A stretch of 63,850 nucleotides of DNA, the filler included, from Octopus bimaculoides (lineage: Eukaryota): NCBI RefSeq assembly GCF_001194135.2. It is 9 parts of 8 records of this genome, joined end to end, with 100 filler letters (N's around TTAATTAATTAA, not from the genome) between each part and the next. Parts side by side here need not be neighbours in the genome. Positions count along the whole stretch, not along the records: positions 1 to 18,851 come from NC_068983.1; positions 18,952 to 32,989 come from NC_068982.1; 7 more parts are not named here. One strand, 5' to 3'. The notes below the pieces were generated by a model. The model was not told where the DNA came from. It worked only from the letters and a program-made list of their open reading frames with translations, and searched no databases. A program made the translations under genes and the position numbers. Of the stretch, positions 12,617 through 23,665 are shown piece after piece; position 1 is the first letter of the stretch; the number at the start of each line of letters is the position of its first letter.

Positions 12617-14174
12617 ATATATATACATATNNNNNNNNNNNNNNNNNNNNNNNNNNNNNNNNNNNNNNNNNNNNNNNNNNNNNNNNNNNNNNNNNNNNNN
12701 NNNNNNNNNNNNNNNNNNNNNNNNNNNNNNNNNNNNNNNNNNNNNNNNNNNNNNNNNNNNNNNNNNNNNNNNNNNNNNNNNNNNNNNNNNNNNNNNNNNN
12801 NNNNNNNNNNNNNNNNNNNNNNNNNNNNNNNNNNNNNNNNNNNNNNNNNNNNNNNNNNNNNNNNNNNNNNNNNNNNNNNNNNNNNNNNNNNNNNNNNNNN
12901 NNNNNNNNNNNNNNNNNNNNNNNNNNNNNNNNNNNNNNNNNNNNNNNNNNNNNNNNNNNNNNNNNNNNNNNNNNNNNNNNNNNNNNNNNNNNNNNNNNNN
13001 NNNNNNNNNNNNNNNNNNNNNNNNNNNNNNNNNNNNNNNNNNNNNNNNNNNNNNNNNNNNNNNNNNNNNNNNNNNNNNNNNNNNNNNNNNNNNNNNNNNN
13101 NNNNNNNNNNNNNNNNNNNNNNNNNNNNNNNNNNNNNNNNNNNNNNNNNNNNNNNGTGTCTGGGGAGTCTTTTTCTTTTTGTGTCTTATAATTTAACACA
13201 CTCACCGGTAAAGTTTCCACTTATTTCTTATTTTTATTTTCCTAAAACATGCCAAAGACCAAACACTCAGGCAAATACGGGAGTACGTCCTTATAAAAGA
13301 AATTTTCCCAATACTAAATAGGAAATATACATAGTAGATATCATACCTCCAAACCCACAGTTTACACTGGTAGAGTAGAATAGTTAGTGGGCTGTTATGT
13401 AGATATATGTATGCATGTGTGTGTGTGGGTATATATGTGTATATGCACATGTATGTAAGCATATGGATATGAAAATAAACAAATCAACGTACAGATGGAT
13501 AGGTACATAGGATATATGAACAGACAAGCACACATATGCAAATGGAGACTGAAACACACGACCATATATGCATACACACACACACACACACAAACACACA
13601 CACTTTACTTCACACAAGGACACATATACAGACACGTGTCCATACATATAAAGATGCACATTCATACATACAAACATGGTACATAGTTCCAAAACACACA
13701 CACACACACACACACACATGCACACACAAGGAGACAGAGGTGTCACATTGCAAAGAATGAATGAGATGAACATGGAACGCCCAAAAATCGTATAAATAAA
13801 AGCACGTTAAAAACTATCTTCTACGGAATATTTAAATTTATGAACTTAGTAAATATGTGTTTCAGTAATTGATCGTAGTTGTTTACAGAAAGCGAACATT
13901 AAAAGTAGAGAGTGAGAGACGTCGCCGTTTTTTCACGTCCATACCGGAAGTTGACATTGAGAAACCTTTTTAAAGAAGTGAATCTTAAATATAAAGCAAT
14001 ATTATTTATTTTTAATTAGAGATGAAAAAAAATCAAATGAAGAGCCTAAGATTTATCCGAGGTCAAATTATTCATGTATCACAAGTATGGAAGTAAATAG
14101 CGAAGCCGTTTTCACGTGATAAGCGATTACACACACATCTCTGTTTTATATATAGTACAGATATAGATACTATC

Positions 14175-14333
14175 GATATAGATTTACATTTGACAGATAT
14201 TTGTCCTCATCTTCTTTGTTGTTAACACAATGCTTCGGCTGATATACCCGCCAGCCTTCATCAGGTGTCTTAGGGAAATTTCGAACCTGGGTTCTCATTC
14301 CTAAGGTATTTTTCGATATTATTATTATTATTA

Positions 14334-14386
<53 letters not shown>

Positions 14387-14452
14387 TCACTGCCTGGAAT
14401 TGAACTCAGAACCTTGGGGTTAGTAACCCGCGCTCTTAACTACTACACCAGT
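14175..14452 (-). mobile_element. tRNA-headed SINE with an internal (TAA)n and a Penelope-like tail
   Basis: Minus-strand head tggtgtagtagttaagagcgcggg...gagttcaattccaggc (A/B boxes), then (TAA)n, then a tail containing gacacCTGATGAaggctg..cagccGAAgcattgtgtt. Confidence 0.75.
14224..14269 (-). ncRNA. Minimal type I hammerhead ribozyme-like fold (degenerate copy)
   Basis: Stem I gacac/gtgtt, core CUGAUGA(+A), stem II ggctg/cagcc, then GAAG-CA-UU. A functional core would read GAAA-CG-UH, so this copy is probably inactive. Confidence 0.6.
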
Positions 14453-14804
14453 CCACTCAGCTGTAGAAATGAGTTGCAATCTCACTGGTGCCAAGCGGTA
14501 TCAGCCTTTTCCTTTTCCTTGGATAACGTCAGTGGTGTGGTGAGGGGAGGCTGGTATGCATCGGTGACAGCTGGTTTTCCATAAACAACCTTGTATGGAC
14601 TTTTGCCTTGGACAGGAACTTTCTAGGTGCAATCCCATGGTCATCCATAACTGAGAGGAGTCTTTACCCTCTACCTTTTCTTTACCTTAGTCTTGGCATC
14701 ACATGGATGTTGTAAATGAGTATCACTGCCATAAAAGAGATGAGGTTAGTTTCTCGTCTTCCATGTAAGCCATGGCTGGCGACAAACAAATATTAGTTAC
14801 AAAT

Positions 14805-15965
14805 TTTGGCACAAGGCTAACAAGTTCAGGAGGGATAAAGTTTAATATATCGACCCCCGCCCACCAACTCTTATGATGCCCCAAAAGTACACATCTACCC
14901 TGAAAGGATGAATGGCAAAGTTTACCTTGACAGAATTTGACCTCAAAGCATAACAACATGAAATACTACCAAGCATTTAACCCAGCATTCTAATGATTCT
15001 TATTTCTTTATTGCCCACAAGCAGCTAAACATAGAGGGGACAAACAAGGACAGACAAAGGGATTAAGTCGATTACATCGAACCCAGTGCATAACTGGTAC
15101 TTAATTTATCGACCTTGAAAGGATGAAAGGCAACGTCGACCTCAGCGGAATTTGAATTCAGAATGTAAAGACAAATGAAATGCCGCTATGCATTTCGCCC
15201 GGCCTGCTAACCATTCTGCCAGCTCACTGCCTTATATTCTAATGATTCTGCCATGAGCAAACATCTATTATCTCCCTTGGAAACATGTGTAAGTTGGTGA
15301 TAGGAAAGGCATACAGCTGTATCTAGGCACAAGGGCCAACATTTTTGGGGAGGGAGCCAGTTGATTAGATCGACCCAGTAAACAACTGGTACTAAATTTA
15401 TCGACCCCGAAAGAATGAAAGGCAAAGTCGACCTTGGCGGAATTTGAACGTAGAACATAAAGACAAACGTAAAACCACTATGCATTTTGCCCAGCATGCT
15501 AATGTTTCAGCCAGCTCTCCGACTTTAAAGAAAAGTTGTCACAAATATTCTTTTCTACTCTAGGCACAAGGCTCGAAATTTTGGGGAGAGTGGACCAGAC
15601 GATTAGATTGACCCCAGTATGCAACTGGTACTTAATTCATTTTATCGGTCTCGAAAGGATGAAAGGCAAAGTCACCCTCAGTGGAGTTTAAACTGAGAAC
15701 ATAAAGACAGACGAAATATGACTAAGCATCTCGCCCAGCATGCTAACGCTTCTTTTCTACTGAAGGTACAAGGCCTAAAATTTTTTGGGAAGGAGCCAGT
15801 CGATTAGATCAACCCCAGTGCACAACTGGTACTTAATTTATCGACCCTGAATGGATGAAAAGCAAAGCCAGCTTTAGAGGAATTTGAACTCAAAGCATAG
15901 AGACAGATAAAATACGACTAAGCATTTCGCCTGGCATGCTAATGTTTCTGCCAGCTCGCCGCCTT
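14805..15965 (-). mobile_element. Head-to-tail cluster of five SINE family B copies
   Basis: Five consecutive same-orientation copies of gatcgacccc...ctggtact...gaaaggatgaaaggcaaagtcgacc...gaatttgaact, each diverged from the others. Confidence 0.85.
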
Positions 15966-16549
15966 AAAATCTCACTCAAATTCTGTCAAACCCATGCAAG
16001 CATGATTAAGAAGACATTAACACAACAACATCAATAATAACAATATGTGAAATAACAGATCTGTATTTATTAATTGCAGAAAGGAAAGAAGGAAATACTA
16101 AAAATTAAAAACGAAATTTTCCTTATACACGTTGCGATACATTCGTGCCATGCAACCATAAAATGTAGCAAAAATGTGTAAACTTTCTATATTTTTAGAG
16201 AAAAACAAAAATAAAGCCACTATTTTTATAACTACACCATCACTCTGAAAATATGAAAAATCTTAACAAGTTACTTACGTACATAAATCACATTATCTTT
16301 AGACGTCATGTTTTCTTTCATTCTTAATTAAATTTTATGTTGTGTCCATTTATAGTAATGTTTGCAAGACTAAATTAATTATGTTTTACTGTAAAATAAA
16401 TTTTAACACAAGCAATATGCTGAGACAAACTCAACTTTTAATACACATGTATACACACATATAGATATGTGGGTGTATGAGTGTGTAGGTAAGTAAGTAC
16501 ATACGTATATGCATGTGTTTGTGTGCATGTGTAGGTGGGTATGCAGACA

Positions 16550-16586
<37 letters not shown>

Positions 16587-17231
16587 ATGTCTGTATGCAG
16601 GTGTGGCTGAGTGGTTAAGACATTTGTTTCCCAACTACATGGGTTCAGGTTCAGTCCTACTATGTGACAACTTGAGCTAGTGTTTTCTAGTATAGCCAAA
16701 GGTTAACCAGTCTTGTGAGCAGATTTGGTAGATAGAAACTAAAATTTGAAGGTGTTTCCATTAATTTGTTCAACACCTGTATATACACATACATATGTAT
16801 ATATGTATGTATATGTAGATTGATACATATGTATATGATATGTATGTGTATTTGTGAGTGTGTGTATGTTTGTGGCACCTTATCTTGACATTCCAAGAGA
16901 GTTTCATATGAATGGCATTCATTTCCAATATTCTGTGAAAATATGCCTTCTTGTGGAAAAACATTATCTTGCTTAGAAAGTGATAAGGGTTAGTGACAGG
17001 ATGGGCATCCACCCATAGTAACATTTGTTCCTTGTTGACTGGCCTCAAACATCAACTAAACAATTAAACACTTCTAATATGCAAATTAGAAGCTCCAGTT
17101 CTCTGGAGCTAATAGATTTGATGGGTATCTAAATAAAATGGCAACTTATTTCTCTCGGATTGCTCAAGTGATAAGAAAATTACTATTTGTAAATCTCACA
17201 ATGAGAGATATTCAGCAACAGTACTTCGGAG

Positions 17232-17614
17232 TAAAAGATTATTTGCCAAAATAACATGGCGGTCCTGGCTTAGGACGAATGTTGCTGTAATTTAGCCCTA
17301 GAAGACATCGTTTCCAGCTGGCCATATGGCATGATTTGTGTCTTTATATTTTCAAACAAGTGAATCTAGCACCCCACTCAGCTCAAAACAATATCTGTGC
17401 ATTGCAATATCCGGGTTATTTCCCTTCATCAGCTCAGAATAATTGTTCGGCTAGAGGTGACGCTGCCAAATTCACGTTTGAAATATATAGCTCGAAAATA
17501 TAAGGGCACAGATCGTGTCATATAGCCAGCTGTAGATGATGTCTCCTAGGGTTAAATTACAGCAAGATTAGTCCTAAACCAGGACTGCTATGTTATGTTG
17601 GCAAATAATCTTTA
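17232..17614. mobile_element. Foldback/MITE with ~130-bp imperfect inverted arms
   Basis: taaaagattatttgccaaaataacatggcggtcctggcttaggac...ccagctggccatatg is the inverted copy of catatagccagctg...gtcctaaaccaggactgctatgttatgttggcaaataatcttta. Confidence 0.8.
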
Positions 17615-17707
17615 TTGCTCAAGTGATGTTGACATTTCTAATAAAACCCCAGAAAGGGTTGAAAATTGATTTAGGTTGTTCATCATGTATTACAGTTCAC
17701 AGGTAGT

Positions 17708-18075
17708 GGAGGCACAATGGCCCAGTGGTTAGGGCAGTGGACTCACTGTCATAGGATCATGGATTTGATTTCCAGACTGGGCATTGTGAGTGTTTATTGA
17801 GCGAAAACACCAAAAGCTCCACGAGGCTCCAGCAGGGGATGGTGGAGAACCCTGCTGTACTCTTTCACCACAACTTTCTCTCACTCTTTCTTCCTGTTTC
17901 TGTTGTGCCTGTAATTCAAAGGGCCAGCCTTGTCACACTGAATCTGCCCAAGAACTACATTAAGGGTACACGTGTCTGTGGAGTGCTCAGCGACTTGCAC
18001 GTTAATTTCATGAGCTGGCTGTTCCGTTGATTGGTTCAACTGGAACCCTCGTCGTCGTAACCGATGGAGTGCCAC
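17708..18075 (+). mobile_element. SINE family C (tRNA-derived), full length
   Basis: Head gaggcacaatggcccagtggttagggcag...ttgatttccagac, ending gtcgtaaccgatggagtgcc. Homologous to 27479-27850 and 60839-61155. Confidence 0.85.
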
Positions 18076-18818
18076 GATGACGACAACGACAGTTCACAGG
18101 TAAAATTGAAATATTTGTATGTCTAGTATGTTGGTTTGAGTGGCTGTGTGGTAAAAAGTTTGCTTCCCAGGCACATGGTTTCAGGTCAGACTCACTGCTT
18201 GGCACTTTGAGCAAGTGCTTTCTATTATAGCCTTAGGCCAACCAAAGCTTTCTGAGTGGATTTGGTTGATGTAAACTGAAAGAAGCCTGTTGTATACACA
18301 CACACACACACACAGACACAGACACACACACACACACACACACTTTATTTAAAAGCATCAGAAATATAACAAAAGCTGTTACTCAGAGTTTCACGTTCCC
18401 GTTCATTGGACAGTTTTGTTGAAAAAATATATATATATAAAGGAAATAGTGGCACAACAGGGCACCAATGTTTGCTGGAAATAGTAGTTGATAACCTTAC
18501 AATGTTATGTAAAGCTTCATTGAATGTATAAAGGCAAAGATGTGTGCAGGCGGCGAACATAAAATATTTTCATCTTACCTCTATGAAGAACGCCGGATAA
18601 ATAGATAACCTAGTATCCGAGTTTCAGACTTTCCAGAATACACTTGTTATCATAAATCTGATTAGTCTTCTTCGGTTAGGTTCACAGTTACAATGGGATT
18701 TTGTTCCATTTGGGTTTGCAGGATGTCAGCATGGAATTCTAAAGATCCTCCAGGACGAGTCTCATCTTCTAGGCTGTAGTTTCTGGCTTGGAATTTCTAG
18801 AACCACCGTCGACACTAG

Positions 18819-18851
<33 letters not shown>

Positions 18852-18951
18852 NNNNNNNNNNNNNNNNNNNNNNNNNNNNNNNNNNNNNNNNNNNNTTAAT
18901 TAATTAANNNNNNNNNNNNNNNNNNNNNNNNNNNNNNNNNNNNNNNNNNNN
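18852..18951. other. Artificial 100-bp assembly spacer N44-TTAATTAATTAA-N44; eight copies in the window
   Basis: The 12-mer lies at 18896, 33034, 35674, 37852, 40940, 57718, 59955 and 62124, each between 44 Ns on both sides. It has stop codons in all six frames. Confidence 0.95.
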
Positions 18952-19503
18952 GTGTGTGTGTGTGTGTGTGTGGCTAGATAGCTCTTTAATTGAAATTGCA
19001 CCTTCGACTGCCAAACGAGCAGCTAAATTTAATACGGTGGTGCTCTTGGTATCCGAGGAGTATACAAACTTCTCTCCAAAACTAGGTGAAAGTATCTCAT
19101 TTATACATTTATTCATGTAAAAGATAACCTGAATGCCGGAACATCATATCCCAAAATCTATGTCCGTGACAAATAGACACTTCCTTTCAAATGAAACAGC
19201 TACAGAAACAGTGTATCAGTGACAAAAGTCCCGTTGTTCGGTAGTGCTAAGTCCTGAAATCCTATAATGGGTACAGTTCGGACAGATGAGTTCTGTCACG
19301 TTGATTCTTAGCTGCCCTGCACAGAACGGATTCTTGAGACCTTAAAGAATTTCGAGGATCCCTAGAAACTGTGCTATCCACTCTCACTTTATTAATATAT
19401 GCATTAAATATCCTCGTTTATTGTGTTTTGCATTTAATTTCGCTTTCATGCATTTTCCATTTGCATTTGCTGCCACATGATAAATCCTTTACTTTATTTC
19501 CAG

Positions 19504-19710
19504 TTACTTTATTGATCTACCTACCGGTCACAATATTCGGGTATTTAGTCTTCGGCAATCGCTTAACATTCAACGTCTTGGAGATCATCTCAGAAAGTCG
19601 TCTTCTTTTCGCCACCAAAATAACTATCTTTGTTCATATTACTCTGGCATTTATAATACTCCTGAACCCAGTTTGTCAAGAATTTGAATCTTTTCTAGAA
19701 GTACCGAATC
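19504..19710 (+). CDS. Amino-acid transporter (Aa_trans/AVT1-like; SLC32/36/38 superfamily), antepenultimate coding exon
   Basis: tttatttccAG|TT ACT TTA ... CCG AAT C|GTaag; 207 bp, phase 1/1. Encodes TLLIYLPVTIFGYLVFGNRLTFNVLEIISESRLLFATKITIFVHITLAFIILLNPVCQEFESFLEVPN, with the family-typical YLPV..G...G and F.I..NP motifs. Confidence 0.9.
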
Positions 19711-19843
19711 GTAAGACCCGTTTACAATATCTTTTCTTCAGTATTTTGTAAACCGTTTCAAACTGTATCTAAAGTTAATTTGATTATGTTATCATTAACA
19801 TTATTATACTATCGGAAGTGTTCTATGTCAAATGTATGTCTGC

Positions 19844-20430
19844 ATTTAGTATCAACCACAGATGTTTTGAATTCAAAATTCAACAAAGGCATCCAAAGTG
19901 CTTAAATACTGGTGATAAATGGGCAATAGAACTTCTTAAAAAGTACTCAAGACCAAAGCAATGTTAAACCAAGATTGTGTTAAACTGGCTGACAAATTCG
20001 ACCTACCACCCAAGAATATTGAAAGCAAAGCGTCAGGACAAATACTTTATGGTATCACCTTTAATGTTGCCAATCCTCCATTTTGAAGTGGTGTTGGCTC
20101 TAGATAGATTAAAATCAAAGTTGACCGTGGTGGGATTGAACTCAATGCACATAGCAAGAATAAATTGTGCAAGGGATTTTGTCCCGCGCCTTACCAACTC
20201 AGTCAAACCATCTACATAATATATATCAAAGGAAAGTTGGGTTTTTGGAGCGAATCTGTTTTCAGAGTTTTGACTATGCTCTGAAGCTGGGTATGTGAAA
20301 TATAAGCAATGAGCATGTGAGATATACGCTGAGTATGTGAGATATAAGCAATCCATTATATGTTGGTAAACCAAGAACTGGGTGTCTTTGTAGAATTTTG
20401 AATTCAAAACATCTGTGGTTGATACTAAAT
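19844..20430. mobile_element. Intronic MITE-like element with ~60-bp terminal inverted repeats
   Basis: atttagtatcaaccacagatgttttgaattcaaaattc vs gaattttgaattcaaaacatctgtggttgatactaaat. A SINE fragment is nested inside (~20100-20210). Confidence 0.75.
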
Positions 20431-20535
20431 ACTCAGGATGATTTAAACAATTATTTAGTTACTTCAAAAAAATTTTGGACCTTTTATAACTATTAAACGT
20501 CCATATTTTTTTTCAATTTGTTTTATTTTTTTTAG

Positions 20536-20725
20536 GGTTTCATTGGAAGCGGTGCTTGCTTCGTCTAATAATCATGCTCTGCATCGTATTTATGGCAGTT
20601 AGCGTTCCAAACTTTGGTTCCATTCTCTCTCTCATCGGCAGCTCTACTATAACTCTCTTGAGTTTTCTCTTCCCGTCTTTATTCTACTTAAAACTCGCCA
20701 GACAAAAGGGACCATGGAAACAAAT
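20536..20725 (+). CDS. Amino-acid transporter, penultimate coding exon
   Basis: ttttttttAG|GG TTT CAT ... CAA AT|GTaag; phase 1/2. Encodes RFHWKRCLLRLIIMLCIVFMAVSVPNFGSILSLIGSSTITLLSFLFPSLFYLKLARQKGPWKQ, with the P.FG.ILSL.G and .FP..FY motifs. Confidence 0.92.
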
Positions 20726-21248
20726 GTAAGTATACATACATTTATACAACAACTAATATATTCTAACACAGGCACAGGGCTTCATATTTAGAGGGAGAAA
20801 TAAAATGAGTTTAGTATTGGCAGGTACCTATTTTCACCGACATCAGAAGAGTGAAATGTCGACCAGACAGGATTTGAATCTACAGTGTATAGAGTTGTAG
20901 CAAAATACCGCATAACATTTTGCCCTCCTTTTTCACTGATTTTGTCATCAGCCCTAAAACCTTATTTCTACAAGAATTACTTCTCATTAAATAAATATAG
21001 CCGCTACTTGGTATTTTGGGTATCTTCCTCTAATTGTGGTTCCTTAAATGTCTAAAGGGAGAATCAACAACAGTTAAACACACACACACACACATATATC
21101 CTTGTTATTATGTTAACTGTCGTATGTCCAAATTTGGTTAAATGAGTTTTTTTTTTTTTCAATATTTAATTTTGTTTGTAAAAGCTGTTTCTTTTGGTCA
21201 AACTATCAAATCTCCAGCAGCTTCAGATGCCAAGATATGTGAATTGCC

Positions 21249-21350
21249 AAAGTGTAGTACAACGGTTTAGCATTTTTCAAAAGTGTAGTACAACGGTTTA
21301 GCATTTTTCAAAAGTGTAGTACAACGGTTTAGCGTTTTTCAAAAGTGTAG
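21249..21350. repeat. 31-bp minisatellite, ~3.3 copies
   Basis: Unit aaagtgtagtacaacggtttagcatttttca, nearly identical between copies. Confidence 0.9.
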
Positions 21351-21792
21351 TAAGTCCCACATACGACAGTTTTGCAAAAATATTTCTGACTGAAAATATT
21401 ATACATGCATGGAGTCACGATTTTATGCACCCAACAGAGTATTATTGTTAAGCTGAAACTGTTGCCAAAGTATAAAGAAATGGAATGGTGAAACTATTTC
21501 TCCGATTTCTGAAAAAGCAACGTTTTGGACTTACGACACTTTTGCTTAATATCAACGGTATATATACATACATACATACGTACATATATGTATATACATA
21601 TAGGCTCAGGAGTAGCTGTGTTGTAAGAAACTTGCTTCCCAGCCTCATGGTTCCGGGTTCAGTTCCACTGCGTGGCACTTTGGGCAAGTGTCTTCTACTA
21701 TAGCCTCGGGCCGATAGGGAGAACAACTTAAGAAATAAAGGAAAAGAAAGAAAACAGAATTTGTGTGTGTGTATGATGTATGTGCGTTGGGG

Positions 21793-21856
<64 letters not shown>

Positions 21857-21889
21857 TGTTGTCGATTCGCTGTGTGTTCATCAGAGTGG

Positions 21890-22725
21890 TGGATTGGCAG
21901 AAGCGTTAGAACGTTGGAAAAATGCTTAGCGGTATTTGTTCCTGCTCTTCGTGATCTGAGTTCAATTCACGTGAGGACCAACTTGGCTTTTCATCCTTTC
22001 AGTACTGTGGTCGATGTAATAAACTAAACATCTCTCTACCATAAAAAAAAAAAATGCTGACCTTGTGCGAAAACTAGAAACTTTATTATCATTAAAGACG
22101 GCGAACTGGCAGAGTCGTTTGCACGCCGGACAAAAATGTTGATTGCATTTCTTCCGTCTTTACATTCTGAGATCAAATTCCACCGGGGTCCACTTGGCCT
22201 TTCATCCTTTCGAGGTCAATGAAATAAGTACCAGTTGAACATTGGTGGGTTGATGTAATCGACTAGCCCCTCCCTCAAAATATTAAGTCTTGTGCCTATT
22301 TTATAGAGAATTATTAAAGGCTGCTTGCAGGCAGAATCGTTAGAATATCGGACAAAATGCCTTTCCATATTCATTCCGGCTCTTTATGTTTTGAGCTCGA
22401 ATCCTGCCGAGGTCAGCTCTGCTTTCACTCTTCTGGAGTTGATAAAGTAAAATACCAATCCAATACTGGAAGCGTTGGTATCGATTTAACTTCTTATTTC
22501 TTTATAGCCCGCAAGGGGCTACACACAGAGGGGGTAAACAAGGACAAACAAACAGGTTAAGTCGATTATATCGACCCGAATGCGTAACTGGTACTTATTT
22601 AATCGACCCCGAAAGGATGAAAGGCAAAGTCGACCTCGGCGGAATTTGAACTCAGAACGTAGCGGCAGACGAAATACTGCTAAGCATTTCGCCAGGCATG
22701 CTAACGTTTCTGCCAACTCGCTGCC
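21890..22725. mobile_element. Cluster of four SINE family B copies (three +, one -) in the last transporter intron
   Basis: Family motifs at ~21890-22030, ~22095-22290 and ~22330-22480 (+), and ~22500-22725 (-). Confidence 0.8.
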
Positions 22726-22883
22726 TTGGTATCGATTTAACTTCTGTCAAAAAGGCTGACCTTGTGCCGTAATCAGTTTTATGTTATTAATTTAAAATAA
22801 ACTATTTAGTCAGACAACAAAATTTTGCTCCACAACAATGACGAGTTCCACAATATTCTTTGAATACTTTTGTTATTTTTCAG

Positions 22884-23016
22884 TGATGTTCCACTGCATA
22901 TGATGGTCATTCATTTGGAAATCATCGGGGTCGGATTATTTGCAGCAGCGTCAGCAACATTCTCTTCTTTAGAACAAATGATCAATAGTAACTTTGTTAG
23001 TCCTTGTTATACGTGA
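22884..23016 (+). CDS. Amino-acid transporter, terminal coding exon
   Basis: ttatttttcAG|T GAT GTT ... ACG TGA; matches the phase-2 donor at 20725. Encodes IDVPLHMMVIHLEIIGVGLFAAASATFSSLEQMINSNFVSPCYT*, with a final TM helix. Confidence 0.88.
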
Positions 23017-23590
23017 ACTTATTTAAAACATTGGCTATATTTTTTTATATCATTAATACTCCATCGTTATTTTAAAACTAAAAATATCATTTTTTTTACC
23101 CACAATTCCGGGAACATTCCAGGAAGTTTAACAGTAGCAGTACTGTACCAATTCCCGTAAAAAATTTATGCTGAAGTTATTCCGTTAAAGGAAATTTTTA
23201 AAATAGAGTAATAAAATTTTTAAGTGAGATTAAAAAAAGATATATGTATTATATTTATGTCTATGCAATTTTCAAAAGTTTTTTAATATATATAAAACAG
23301 ATGCTCAATAGTAACTTCGTTAATCCTTGTTATGTGTGAATATATTTAAAACATTGAGACTACTTTATATATCATTTGCCCATTTTTTTATTTATAAAAT
23401 GTTGGTTACCCACATCTGGAATGTTCGAGAAAGTTTTAACATTTATATTATTGTAAAATTTTCAATAAAAATTTTAAGCTGAATTTATTCTCTCGAAGGA
23501 AATTTTCAAACTTTAAACAATAAATTTTTAAGTGGCATTTAGTGAAAATTATATCGTATTATATTTATGTCTATTCAATTTTCAGATTGT
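22973..23590 (+). repeat. Diverged tandem duplication (~323-bp period) of the transporter's last codons and 3' UTR
   Basis: Copy 1 starts at 22973 (QMINSNFVSPCYT*) and copy 2 at 23296 (QMLNSNFVNPCYV*). The downstream UTRs align with indels. Confidence 0.85.
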
Positions 23591-23665
23591 AAATATTATT
23601 TTTAAAAATCCTATACCTTTTATAAAACATGTCATATCAGAAATCAAGAGCAACGGAATAAAAAC

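Noticed and set aside
14385-14452. SINE heads as tRNA genes (also 6850-6912, 17708-17780, 60839-60910)
   Set aside because: They have A/B boxes but no complete cloverleaf or acceptor stem, and each continues into a repeated SINE body.
16400-16440. Minus-strand QHIA resembling HPD's GVQHIAL
   Set aside because: Only four residues match, the context is wrong, and there are no splice sites.
18375-18420. Minus-strand caatga-acg-ggaa-cgt-GAAAC as another hammerhead
   Set aside because: The CUGANGA box is too degenerate and there is no convincing stem I.
18896-18907. TTAATTAATTAA as a biological motif (homeodomain site or piggyBac target)
   Set aside because: It is always embedded in exactly 44+44 Ns, so it is a software spacer.
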